From contig NC_133621.1 of assembly GCF_048593235.1 (NCBI RefSeq), positions 124,521,341 through 124,585,340 on the forward strand: a stretch of DNA of 64,000 bases. The letters run 5' to 3'. The translations under genes and the position numbers were made by a program. Shown one piece after another: positions 39,268 to 52,585 of the stretch. A model generated the notes under the pieces. The model worked only from the letters and a program-made list of their open reading frames with translations. It did not search any database and was not told the origin of the DNA. The number at the start of each line of letters is the position of its first letter. The stretch's first letter is position 1. The stretch is from Sminthopsis crassicaudata. Its lineage: Eukaryota.

Positions 39268-40143
39268 ACTTAAACCTTAGAGTTTCAACAAAAAAATTTT
39301 ATGACTTTACAATAGAAATAAACTCAGCTGCATAAGTAGTTTGAGAATACAAATTTTAAAAAGCAGCATAAGTGGTTTAAGAATATTAGTAAACCTTACC
39401 TATTTTGCAATAATTGGATTGGATTGGATTTCATAGAGCAGTCTATTTTCTCTTTGCTTCAAATATTTATTTTATCTTTGTATCTCTAGCATCTAACACT
39501 ATTCCTGGAACAAGCAAAATACTTAACAAAAGGCTTGCCAATCAATTCATGTATGGATGATGTTGTTGTCTCTTAGAGTTAAGGTTAAAGCAGTGATGGA
39601 GACTCACTTGCCTTGCTCTCCCAAGCGTGGAGAATACAATAGTCATGGCTACGACAGAACAGAGGAACAGAAGGAAGGGAACAAGATAATTTTTAAGAAG
39701 GAAAGAAATTCAGTGCCCTGATGTTCTCACAGGTCAAATAAAGGACTACATCATTTTTAATATAATTGTATTTTAGTTGTGAAAGTAAAGATGAGATAAA
39801 AGTAGAAGAAACTGGGGAGATGAGATGAATTGTAACTTTCCTTCACTTTTGAGTACCCTGGTCAATGATTGTTTTAAATAATGATTTAAAAGGGAGGTAC
39901 AGGTCTGGGACATTCAGTCCTGGTTTTGTCATGCTGCTAGGACTTCTGCATTTTCCTCTATCTTGTTCTCTGTCTTTCTGTCTCATTCTTTTCTGTCTCT
40001 CTCTGTCTCTATGCCTAATCTCTAATCCCTGTCTAAAAATATTTTTGTCTTTCTTTTTCATCTTTTTTATTATCTTCTCTCTCCTTTGTTTTAGTCAGTT
40101 ACCCACAGGTATTACTTAGCTCCTTTCATCTCATCAAGGGGTA

Positions 40144-40259
40144 AAATGTTACTTATTCCTATTTAAATGATGTGGTCTCTTCTTCAGGGACTTAGAGAAA
40201 TTTTCTTTTTCCTAGTAAGTGCAGCATTCATTCTTAGAGTGTAAGCCAAACTTGCTGTA
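40144..40259 (-). repeat. Right arm of a perfect 116-bp inverted repeat
   Basis: Exact reverse complement of 39152-39267. Confidence 0.97.
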
Positions 40260-40272
40260 TTTTAATTTATAG

Positions 40273-40810
40273 AACGCAGATGCCAGACGTTGATGTGAGC
40301 CAAGTTGGATCATTATAGTACTCTTGTACTGTGCCTTTCACATTGGCTTCCAATAGCTTACCATATTGATTTTACAATTTATGGCTTTCAAAGCCATTTG
40401 CAGCCCTGATCCTTCTTATAGTTCCAATTTGCTTATGTCAGTCATGAACATTAAAATCTCTCTGTGGCAGCATGTTTCCTTTGTCCCTCAGATTTTTAAA
40501 AGTTCAATTCATTTAAATTGGAATCGAAAGTTAGCATTGATTTTGTTTTTTAATGTCCAGTGTATCTCAGTTTGAAGCAGTATATGTTTTGTGCTTATTA
40601 TATGAGTGCTTCAGACATCATCATCAATAACAGCATTATTTACCCTCTATCTTTATCAGTTCTACTTGGGTTATATTGTCTTATAAAATGATTTAGATAA
40701 TTTGGTTAAGCTAAAACAAACAAACAAACAAACAAAACAACCCAATCAGGCACTTTCACGTTCTTTCTGAAGTTCTCTAGCTCTAAAGAGTTAAGATGTT
40801 TCAAAATAAA
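40273..40810 (+). other. Candidate terminal exon / 3'UTR
   Basis: Acceptor TTTTAATTTATAG; two CpGs in the first 20 nt; short remainder (ERRCQTLM* or TQMPDVDVSQVGSL*); ATTAAA at 40450 and AATAAA at 40805. Confidence 0.28.
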
Positions 40811-41603
40811 ATTTAGGAAGTTACAGCTATGCCATTTTGTGTTTAATTTAATAATAGCTCATATATATTGATATTAAAGATTTACAAAGGGCTTTTCTCA
40901 CTACAACCGAGTGAGAAAATTGAAGCTCAGAAAAGTTCTTCAGTTCTCCCATTGTCACAAGGCTAGCAAGTGTTAGAGGCAGGATTTGTCTAGACTGCTA
41001 AATAAAAATTCAGTGTATGTGCATGTGTATGTGTACATGTGTGTGTGTGTGTATGTATATATGTGTATTAACATCTCAAAATAAACTATTCAATCGGGTT
41101 ATTGGGAACTAAAGGGAGGAAATTTAGAGATGATTTAGCCTAAACCCTTTATTTTATGAAATATGATATGAAAAAATGTAGATCTGCTAGATTATATCTC
41201 TTCATGAACTTGACTAACTGGCATTCAAATGAATTGCTTATCTTGACTTGATTCATCATCTATGACACATCTCATACTTTTTTTTCCAAAACACTCATAC
41301 TTAAAGCCAAACCAGAAACCTTCATACTTTGCAGCATTCATAAATAATCCAGTGGAAGTTCCTATACCAAGAGATTCTATACATCTCAACATTCAAAAGC
41401 AAGGTGAGAAACTTCCCCATTTTGGAAAATGTGGCACCTGTATTCGTTCTACAGATACCATTCCCCATATACACTGACAAATGCATAATTGTTTTATATT
41501 TTATTTTAGTTCCACAATCTTCTCTAACTATTTTTTAGAAACTCAGGGTCTGAAATGTTTTATATTAATACTCCAGTTATTTCTGTGGAAAAGGTAATAT
41601 GCT

Positions 41604-42447
41604 CAAGATGACAGTGTAATCTCTCTCTCAAACTCTCCCAGTTTTCCTCAAAAGCCACAGGAAACCAAACTTCTGAACAAAGCTCAAAAGAATGAAACCC
41701 CTCTCCTGCTCAATATAGACTGAAAAAACTTCAAGAAAGGTCAGTGAAAAGGGTGCTCAGCCCAGGTCAAATAGACTTCATAGCAAAGTTGGTTTAGTAG
41801 AGGAGCAAATCGGAAGGGTGGCCCCCAATATCAGCTTAGAAGGCATACTCTGGGAAACTAGGCTGTTTCCTGAAGAGAGTAGGCAAAGATCCCCCTACAA
41901 AACAAGGGGCCCTTGTGCTGAAAACTCAGAGGTGCATTGGGACAGCACCACTTTTAGCCCAGGATAAGAGTTACGCCTTAAAAGTTAAAAAAAAAAAAAA
42001 AGAGGAAATACTAAAAGGAAAGGAAAGAAAATGAGCAAGAAAAAAAAAAGAAAAGAACCTTGATCATAGAAAGCTACTATGATGACAGGGAAGACCATAT
42101 TCTAACTCAGACTAGGACAGAATGTCCACAGAAGAAATCTCAAAGAGTGAGATAAATTGGTCTCAAGACCAAAAAGGATTTTTTGGAAATGGTCATAATA
42201 AAAGATTTCAAAAACCAAATAAGAGAGGTAGAAGAAAAACTGTGAACAAAAATGAGAGGTATACATGAGAGACTCAACAATTTGGAAAAGGAAGGAAAAA
42301 TATTGTCTGAAGAAAACAACTCTTTAAACAGTAGAATAAAGCAAGTGGGAAAAGAGATACAAAAGATAACTGAAGGAAATCACACATTAAAAATTAGAAC
42401 AGGACAAATTGCTAATGATTTTGTGAGACTGCAAAAGTCAGCAAAAA

Positions 42448-42482
<35 letters not shown>

Positions 42483-43671
42483 AAAATGAATGAAAAAAAA
42501 AAAAAAACATGAAATGCCTTATTGAAAAACAACTGATCTAGAAAATAGATCCAGAAAAGACAATTTTAAAAGTATAGAGCTATCTGAAAGTCATGATAAA
42601 AAAAAAAAAAAAAAAAAAAAAGACATATGCTAGCATTCTACAAGAGGTCATTAAGGAAAACTGCCCCAATATTCTAGGAATAGATGATAGAAAGAATACA
42701 TTGATTAACTTGGAAAGAGATCCCACAAGGAAAACCTCAAGGAAGACTGTTGTGGAACTTCAAACTATAATCTCAATGAAATAATATTGCAAGCTGCAAG
42801 ACAAAATCAATTCAAATATCAAGAAAGAACATTCAAGATTACACAGCATCTGGCAGCTTCTACAATAAAGGATTAGAGGGCTTGGAATACCATATTTTGG
42901 GAGGCAAGGGATCTGGGTTTACAACCAAGAATTAACTGCTCAGTGAGATTCAGCATCATCTTTCTGGGCAGCATGGAGCTTCAATGAAGTAAGAAACTTT
43001 CAAACATTTTTACTGAAAAAACAGAAATAACATACAATTTAATATACAAATGAAGAATGCAAAAGAACCATAAAAAAGTAAACAAGGGAAAAATTATATA
43101 TATATTCAAAGGATATACTATTTAAGTCCCTATATAGGAAAATAAATACCTGTAACTCTTGGTAATTGTATCTTGTACTGAGACAGAGTGGCCATCTCAT
43201 GGACTGAGGGTGCAGTTGTGAATAGTGCCTGATGGTATGACATCAAAGAAAAACACATTAAGGGGTGGGACTGTACTGGAAATAGAGGAAAGGGGAGGTA
43301 TAATGGGACAATTAGTTCACATGAAGAGGTGCAAAAGACTTATTACAATTGAGGAAAAGAAGGGAGGGGGATGAGCATGGTCTGAAGCTTGTTTTGAATC
43401 AGTTTTGTCTGAATTCAGTTTTGGCTTTAAGAGGGAATAATTTAATCATTCAGTTGGTATAGAAGTTTATTTAATCCCATTAAAAAATAGGAGAAAGAGG
43501 AAAAGAAAAGGGAGGGACTGGATAGAAGGGAAGGCAGAAACACTAGAAAATGGTAACAGAAGAGGGAGAGAAGATAAGACAGTGGGTGGAGTGGGTTAAA
43601 AAAAGGTTACTAAAAGAAGGGGGAAAGAGGTGATAGGAAATAAGGTGGTGGGTGGGATAGGCAAAAAAGAA
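41604..43671 (+). mobile_element. L1-derived insertion with 5'UTR + ORF1 (~42031-43080, decayed) + spacer and no ORF2, bounded by a TSD
   Basis: Starts CAAGATGAC (L1-like 5' end); ORF1p-like fragments (ORFs 42252, 42593); A-rich end; flanks GAAAAGGTAATATGCT (41588-41603) and GAAAAGGGTAATATGCT (43672-43688). Confidence 0.85.
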
Positions 43672-44239
43672 GAAAAGGGTAATATGCTTAGTAAAAACTA
43701 TACTAATAATAACTTTTTTTAATAACTTCAATAACTAGTCACTTTAATAGCTATAGCTAGGTAGTATTTATATGATAATTTAAGTTTTGCAGTGTACTTA
43801 ATTTTTTCTCTCATTTGTACCTCACAACAATCCTCTAAGACTTATTATTGTTATTCTCATTACTAATTGTTGTCAACAATAATATTGATGTTATTATAGC
43901 CATTCTTTATAGAAAAGGAAATTGAGTCTGAGAGGCAAAGGGAAATATCCCGGTTTACACATCTAGTATCAGAAGCAAAATTTAAACTAAGATCGTTCTG
44001 ACAACATCTACATTCACTTTGCTTTCCAGTTGCCTCATTGTACCTAAAGTCAGAATGACATGAAATTAAATCTTATATATTTCAGATAATTACTCGTTGT
44101 CTGATAGACTAGTTGTCTGATCCTGGGCTAGTTATTTAACTTCTCTGGGATGAAAGTGTTAAATAATTATGATTTACAAGTTCTGAGAAGCAAAGTGCAA
44201 TATGTCAATGTATGTAGACTTGCTTGCTTTCCCCCATAG

Positions 44240-44284
44240 ACTACATTTCCCAAAAGGCTGTGGTCAAAGAGGTCTATGCTAATG
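44240..44284 (+). CDS. Candidate 45-nt exon (phase 1-1)
   Basis: CTTGCTTGCTTTCCCCCATAG|...GCTAATG|GTATGC; reads xYISQKAVVKEVYAN. Confidence 0.3.
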
Positions 44285-47089
44285 GTATGCTCTAATATAA
44301 TTGCACAAATACAATTGGAAAGTAAAGATTGGAAGGACTTGAAAGATAGTGATGAGGACAAGGTGATTTCCAAGAATATGATCTTTTCTCAGATCTGGGA
44401 AAGGAATAGCAAATTTCCTTTTCTGTATTGTGTATTCCTAGACAGAACTGAGCTGAACCTGAGTGTAAACAGTGATGACTGTAGAAAAGCAAACATATTT
44501 CTATTTCATTGAACTAAGGAGGAAGCAGCATAAATATGTGATTAATGTTATGGTCCATGGTTCTATAGCCATTTGAGTAGATAAGCAGTCCTGCTTCAAG
44601 CCAACATTGACTGTCAAGTATGATTGGCAGCACTACCACCCCTACACCAGTGGGAGTGAAGACATATTAAGCACCTGAACATTCTGTTTCTTTCACCTTT
44701 AACAAAGAGTAAGGAAGAAGGTTCCACCCTGTAGGGTAGGTGGAAATTGTAATAGTTACTACTTCTGAGATGTATATATCTGTTGTTTGCATTTTATTAA
44801 GTTTTAAATATAATTCAACAAGAGAGTTTACCAAGGTTATGATCTTTGGGCAGAAGTATTGATTGGCTAGAAAGGGACAAACTTTGAGTTTTAATTAAAG
44901 TCAGCATAAGCCTTAATGAGTCATTTATATAAAAATAAGTAAGAATATTCCAGAGCATCATGTAAGGTTTTAGATTAATTGATAATACTTCTAACTATTC
45001 CCACACAAACTTCTACCACACAATCTTTAACAGAAAAATTGCAAGCAACATAGATATAGTCTACTCTAACCTTTATCCTAAATTGGAAATATTTTCTGTT
45101 AAAGTTTGTGCTTGGATATGGACAGTTATCATTTCACAAAGCAGTACAGTCACAACATCACATTCATATCCAGCTTGTGGGCAAGTAAAATATACTTGAG
45201 ACTTCTATATAAAAGTAGAGAGCTCAATATACTCAGAGAGCAAAAACTCATAGACTGTGAACAAATATGTAAGGCACTGTTTTTATGACCTCCTCCAAAG
45301 AATTATAGCCTCACTCAACAAAATTTTAAAATCAGTGTTCAGTTTGTGATGCAACAGACATACACAAATACCGTATTTTAGGTTGAAAAATAGACTATAC
45401 ATAGCACTGACCTGGTACATGGATCAGGTGCCCAATAAGCACCTGAGTCTGAAATTCTCATTATTTTTATAATCACTCTCTCAATACAAATAAGTATTTC
45501 TCTAAAGAGTTCCAGATTTTCAAAAGCAGCATTCATATACAAATACTCTCTACTGACAGACAAGATAGAAAGATCAGCTGTTCACTTTACAGATAGTTAG
45601 GAATCTAACTACTGGTAACTACTTAGATCATTGTGATAAGCACTAGGAAGAAGGCCTTATATGATAGAGATGGGGGGTTGGTTCAGAGAAGTAAATCCAT
45701 ATTCTAAGCTTTAGATGTTTTCAAATGTGGTTTGCTTAACAGGGAATGAGGTAAAGGATGGTAAGATAAATTTGTATTTATACCTACAGACATCTTTGTA
45801 TCTTTGTATCTATCTAGTTATTGAGAACATATTTGTCAAGGATTATTATTCTCAGAGTACTGAATTGTAAGGTTCTTAGGGGAGAAGTTTTTAGGAGAGA
45901 AGATTGCATGGATTTATAGGGGGAGGCATGAAAATAAGGCATTGGATGACTTAAGAAATGACTGAATATTTAAGACAAATGACTTCCTATAACATTTTCC
46001 CAAGGATCATATGAATGATGAATAGGAACACATTCATATTCTCAAGGGAATCAAAGTTTATAGTCTCTGAAGTGAGGGCACAGGAGCTGGAAGAAAATAA
46101 GGAATAATACAAACAAAATGAAGTAGTTGCTTCACACTAGAGGGGGAAAAAGTGTAAACTCTTTCTCTCTAGGACCAAGAAAGACATGATGGAGGAACTT
46201 CCCAACAGTGTATCCTATAATGTCACAGAGACATTTCTGAAAGAATTTCAGTTTTATATAATATTCCATGCATTAGATTGTGTTTGTTTCCTACAAATTT
46301 TCTACATTTAATGATAACTAAATACTTGCTGTATATATGTTCCGACTAGACATTATTGCATAGTCATTCACATTAGAATCAAAGGACATTAATTTGCCTT
46401 AACTTACCTGAATTAATGGATGTTAGGTAGGCCACTGTAATTCTCTAGACCAGTTTTCTCAAGTGCAGAATGATGAGTTGACAAGATGTGCTTCCTAAAT
46501 TATTCTTCTGATGCATACTCTGATTATGATCCTACTTGAAGCACAATGCAGTGTGATGTATGAGCTTTGAAAAAATGTTTTATTGAATGAATGAATGATA
46601 CAGCTATATACTCTAGGAAATTATGTTTGAAATTAGTGTATAACACTGGCATTGTATGAATTGACATGGTACAATGTCCACAAAATAGCATACCATTTTA
46701 AATTATTAAAGTTGTAAAGATTTTTAACTACACTAAGTCTTCTGGGACATCATGGATAGTTGTTGTATAGGATTGCTAACCTTGGAAGCAAGAAAAATTG
46801 AGTTCAAGTTTATCCTATGGCATTCACTAGCTATGCAGCAATCATCAAGTAAATTGGTTTCTTAATGACTTTGCACAGCTCTCTAAGACGATATGAGCTG
46901 AGTTGGTCTTTAGAAGAAATTGAGTGAATTTTCTGATCCCTATGTCATTTCTTATATTAACAAAATCACAGGTCTGGATCAGAACAAATACTTACAAACA
47001 AATATACATAACAATTTGCAAACCATGTCAGCTGCTCTCTGACTATCCTCTTCAACCTTCTACTTCTGAACTCAGACTTAGCCCTTGGG

Positions 47090-47320
47090 AGCCAATAGAG
47101 GAACTTCGGGCTTATCTTTCAAAGAACCAGAGTTCCATGCCACTTTCTAGTAGTTTCCAAACCAAATCTTTTTTCATTTATTCTTGCCTCCTCTTTTCTA
47201 GTTGTCATTTATGTTTTGACTTTCCCCGTGATGATGTATGCTCTTCAAGAGCAAAGGTTATTTTACTTTCCTGTGTTTTTCTAGGATTTAGCATAATACT
47301 TTCAACCTATTAAATGCTTC
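47090..47320 (+). mobile_element. L2 3' end
   Basis: ...ATGCTCTTCAAGAGCAAAGG...CTAGGATTTAGCATA...TTAAATGCTT. Confidence 0.5.
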
Positions 47321-48339
47321 AGAGATACTTTAAAATCTATTTTATATCATATATTTTCATTAATATATGTTGCTTATATATACATATATAAACTGGATCA
47401 TTTTAGTTTTGTCCTTATTTCTCTTTCTTTTTTGAAAGGGAATTTAGCAAAATTACTAAATACCATATGGAAGGACAATTAATTATTAGAGTCTCATAGG
47501 GGGGAAATTCAATGCAGAGACATATCTTAAGGAAAACCTATCTACTCTCTTTCTAGGGGGTCTGCATGAAAGGAGAGTATAGTACAGCATTACTGTGATC
47601 TATTCTTTCTCCTAGAGCTATGGAAGGCTATGGGAACAGACAACTTAGAATACATTAAAGGACAGGAGAAGAAAAAGCATAGAACTCCTTGTTTCCATCA
47701 CTCTCCCTTCCTCAAGGCACCCGGTTCAATTAAAATTCTCCCCATTTCAACTTCATCTCTATTTCTACTTGAAAAGCTATGTAGATTTTTGTGGCTAATA
47801 GAGGAAGAAATGGTATGGGGATTTGCTTACCCCAAAAAAAGATATGTTATTATCTAAATGTCAGACCAAAAAAAAATGACAGTGATAAAGATAAAAACAT
47901 ACTTGATAATCTATGTTTCAGAAATGAATGGGAAATTTAGCCTAAATCTTCACAGCTGGAAAATCTTGCTTTGCTCTTCTTTGAAGGAAAATCTTCTATT
48001 TATCATCAGTTGGATTAATTTTTAAATATTCAATTAACCCCTTCCAATTAGAATTTTTATAGAAGTACATCACACTTCCATCATGGAATACACATAGTGT
48101 TTCAATGATAATTTAATGAAATGTAAAAGGTACATTCAGAGTGCAAACTAATTAAGTTCTTCTCCTCTTCATTAAAGTAATACCAACTCTGCCAGTTACT
48201 GTAATAAAGTAATGATGGCTGAATCTATTGCTCAGAGTGTTTTTTTTTTTCATAATCAATCTAAGGAAAGGAAAAACCTAGCCAACAATATTAAATATTT
48301 AGTTATGATACAGTTTCTAAAGAACTTGACTTGAGGATT

Positions 48340-48640
48340 ACTTAAAGGGCAATGGGAAGATTATGGTGGGCAGGGATGGGTAGACTTTATCCCATTACAC
48401 ATGATGAATTGTATAGAAGAAACAATGCAAGAAATATGATCAAAGTAAAAAAAAAAATGTGTAATTATAAAAAGAAGATGGTTTGGTTACATAGTAAAAG
48501 CAAGGGACCAATCATTGCATATTTGTGCAACTATACAGCTTCAGAAAGAGGAACAATTCCTAGTAGATTGGCTTACCATGCAGAACTCACAAGAGGAAAT
48601 AGATTAGAATCCCACAGTATAAACAGGCATAGATGGAATG
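48340..48640 (+). mobile_element. RTE-clade LINE 3' coding remnant
   Basis: ORF 48352 (GRLWWAGMGRLYPITHDELYRRNNARNMIK...KKKMVWLHSK) aligns by eye with the recalled marsupial RTE C-terminal motif ERHMVGVSRLQHITNDELRRRSGVKDII...RKRRWAGHV. Confidence 0.6.
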
Positions 48641-49261
48641 TGATTTTTATTGCTGGAAGATCTAGTAAAGTTGATGGGAAAAATTGTTTAATTAACAGGC
48701 CTTGTCAAGCACATACTATATGCCAGATACTGTTCCATGGGAATACTGGAATATATCAACTTAAAATAAGCAAATAACTTGATCTCTTCTAAAATTTAGG
48801 ATTCCCTACTACTACCACAGAAAGTGAAGGGATCCAAGGAACTAGACTTTTGAAATAATTATTGTGTGAATCAAGTAGGATCTAGATGCATTTTTTTCCC
48901 CTTTTAAAGGTTGACATGAAGAGAAAGGTTAAAGAAATAAATTCATTACCATGGCACAGAAAAAAAGGACTTGGGGCTTTTTGAAGGCTTAAAACTTTGA
49001 AAAGAGATACTTTATCTGAATATTAAATAGTAAACAATATTTACTAATTGCCAAAATGAGCTGGAAACATGTTTTTTCTCCACCAATTTCTTGGAAAACA
49101 ACACTATTGATATAGTGGGGCCATTTTTAATGTCATATCATGCTACTCTATCCTGTACAATCTCAAAATAGTGTGAAGAAATTGGAAAAAACATGATTAA
49201 ATGGGAAAGAAGGTAATTTCTTTTAGGAAAAATAAAATGAATATGATGGATTTAGCTTAAA

Positions 49262-49889
49262 GAAGATGAGACTGATTAGTTGAAGAATGAATAAGGTATA
49301 ATATATGAATATTATATAATATTATTGTTGTGTAAGAAACAATCAGTTGTATGATGTCAGAAAGGCCTAAAGAAACTTACATGAACTGATGCAAAGTGAA
49401 GTGAGGAGAACCAAGAGAACATTACACAACAACAAGATTATATAATGATCAACTCTGATAGACATGACTCTTTTTAACAATGAGGTAATTTAGGCCAGTT
49501 CCAATGGACTTGTGATGAACAGAGCCATCTTCATCCAGTGAGAGAACTATAGGAACTGAATATGGATTAAAACATATTATTTTCACTTTTTTGTTGTTGT
49601 TTGCTTGCTTTTTGTTTTTTCTCATTTTTTCCCTTTTTGATCTGATTTTTTTTTTTAATAGCATGACAACTATGGAAGTATGTATAGAAGAATTACACAT
49701 TTTTATATTGTATTATTTATATTGTATTTATATATTTTATATTGTATATTGTATTACTTCCCTCGAGGGGAGGGGGTGGGTAGGGGGGAGAGAGGGAGGG
49801 AAAAAAATGGAACACAAGGTTATTCAAGGGTGAATGTTGAAAACTATGCATATATCTTGAAAATAAAAGGCTTTAATTAAAAAAAAAAG
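49262..49889 (+). mobile_element. 5'-truncated L1 3' end
   Basis: CTTACATGAACTGATGCAAAGTGAAGTGAG...G-rich tract...AAATAAAAGG...A-tail; possible short TSD AAGATG. Confidence 0.9.
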
Positions 49890-50749
49890 ATGTTATTAAA
49901 TGCTTGATGAATTAGATTAAGCTTAATCTATCTCTATTCTTCATCTCTCAAAGCTGAGTGGTATTAAATTTTCTATGTCTATGAAGCAATTAGCAAAAAA
50001 GAAATAAAATCAATTCAATAAAAAAAAAAAAAATAACCAAGATTTTACTATGTACCAAGCAGTACTCTAGATGTTGGGGATACAAGGAAAAAAATAAGTT
50101 TCCTATCCTTATTTTCTCTCTTTATTGAGCTTATATTCAGGGATGCAACATATGATAGATAGACTTGAATTAAAGCAGGAGAAATATGGACTTAGTCATT
50201 AGGCATAAATTGCTGAAGTGCTTCATTAGCTGAGGATTTTCTGTTCCTGGATGTCTTTAGAAGGGAAATAAACATCTATATTGCATACTCAGATATATGA
50301 CTACCTGAAATCTTTTTCTGTTTTAGGATACTCTGATTAGATAGTGTCAACTCCATAAGAAAAGGAAAGAGACAAGTGCATTTGGTTGTCAACCACTACT
50401 AAAGTATATGTTTCAGGGGTACAATGTCCATTGATAAGTCTGGATCCTCTTTTCTATGTTCTTATCAATTTTTAAATGGATCATAGAATGATATTTCTTT
50501 GATATGGAAAAATAAAAACAAGCAAAACATAACCTGATTTTTTTTTAAAAAAAGAAATATGTTATCATGAATGGCCAGGTAGGTGAGGACAGAGATTTGA
50601 TCTGAAGAGCTGGGTGACTGAAACCTTTTAAACAACTCAGATGGATTAATATCTATTTGCATTATCACTGTCAGTAAATTAGTCAGATAAAACAGTGAGC
50701 CAAAATGCTCTCATTCTTAACCTCTGCTTTTGGAATATCTAATTTCCCA

Positions 50750-51000
50750 TAAAGTTAAACTCAGGTACCATCTCCTGCAGGCCTTTCCAAGTCCTTCCAG
50801 ATGCTAGTGCCTTTGTCTCTAAGATTATCTTCCATCTTCTTTCAATGTACTTTTTATCTATATGCTGTCCCTCACACCAGAATGTAAGATCCATAATATC
50901 AGAGATTGTTTTTGCTTTTTATTTGCACACCTAGCCCACTTAAAAGCACAGAACAAGGTACGTAATAAGGCCTTAATATATATATTTATTAATTGATTTA
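50750..51000 (+). mobile_element. L2 3' end
   Basis: CCAGAATGTAAGATCC...GATTGTTTTTGC...AGCACAGAACAAGGTACGTAATAAGG. Confidence 0.65.
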
Positions 51001-51279
51001 TTAGTTGCTGGAAAAAAGAATATTAAGGTGGAGGGCACAGAGGCTGCTCTAAGAGGAGGTACAATGACTGTCCCTAGATATGTTGACATTGACTCATGAG
51101 AAATTCTCAAAAATGAACATTCCTTTTTCTATGCTATTACCTTGTATATATTTTGTATTTAATCATCTGTAATCACAGTCTCCACCCCACTTGACAGTAA
51201 AAATGCAAATTCCTGTGAAGGTAGGATTTTTATTTTTATACCCAGTGTAGTGCCAGGCACATAGGGATAAGTATAAGGG

Positions 51280-51480
51280 CTAGACCTGTATTTTTACTGA
51301 TATTGGAAATTCCCAGGTGAAGAAAATTTCTCTACTGATGCAAACAGGCAACTTCTCTCCAAGTTTTAGGGTTAGAGTATTTCTTAGAGTAGTGATAAGT
51401 TAAATGATTTGCTTAAGGTCACACAGTCAGAAGTAAAAACTGAACAGGAGTTTTCTAGATTTCTAGAGAAGTTCTCTACT
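51280..51480. mobile_element. Marsupial MIR-derived repeat (a related copy lies at ~6040-6230)
   Basis: GGAAATTCCCAGGTGAAGAAAATTTCTCTACTGATGC...GTTAAATGATTTGCTTAAGGTCACACAG. Confidence 0.55.
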
Positions 51481-52585
51481 CATTTGATTTGAAATGAGGA
51501 ATGAAAATATTCATCAGTGTATAGGATCATAAATTGAAAGGCAGAACAGATTTTAGAGCACATCTATTCTACCCTCTCCTGCCTCCCCATCTTTCTTATT
51601 GCTTTTTTACATATAAAGCCCAAAAAGATTGTGCTTTTCCCAAATCCTATCTAGGCACTCTGATGCCAGATAAAATGTTCTTTCTATTTTTAACATTCTG
51701 CCTAAACCACCTCCCATTTCTCCAAAATTAGTAAGTTGTGCTTGTGACTGAAATTTTAAAAACAGGACTGATGGAAATTTAGTATAGGCAAATATGATGT
51801 TTGGACTAAATACTTTAATGAACTGGAAAGACTGAGTACTGCTTTACATTTAATTCCTTGACCATTAACTCTTCTAAGGTTCTCAAAGTAATATTACTCA
51901 ATGCTATTGAAACAACAATTATCAAATAGCATTCTGGAGAATGGTTTACTCCTAAACTGTATTTTGTTTGATTCACTTTGGCTCAGCATAGGGTGAATTA
52001 TCTTGTTTGAGGCTATCTTGGTTTAAGAGTAGAGAGATCAGCTAATTAACATTAATTATATCAGTTTCATGGCTTGATTAGTGTAATTAATCTATCCAGT
52101 GATTACCTCTAGGAGAGAAGTATTTATAGCTAACTTGGTAAAATCTGGTAAGAATCTGTTTCAGAATAGTTTTGAGTAGGATAAGAATTATAAGGTGACT
52201 AGGTTTGGAATGATGAAAAGATATGACTATGACTAAAATATTTGTAATTAGATTTTAAAGGTAAAACAAAAGGATAACAGATGACCTAATTCTAAATGTC
52301 ACCCAAAATAGCATTTCTCTGATGCTATTCTTTTGACACCCTCAAAAAAGATTCTGTAATACCCAATTTAATTAAAGACCTGATAATACAGTAGGGGGAA
52401 AAAAAAAACATTTTCTTTATAGTTCTAAAAATTATGCTGGTCTAACTTATCTGTGACCTTATATTTGGCCACATTCTAAAGTAACTCTTTCTGTAGAATG
52501 CTGGATCTCATTGTCAGATGCCATTATGTAACATTAAATGAGTAGTTCATTTATTAAAGGTGTTTCAAAATTGCTCTTTCTTTAG

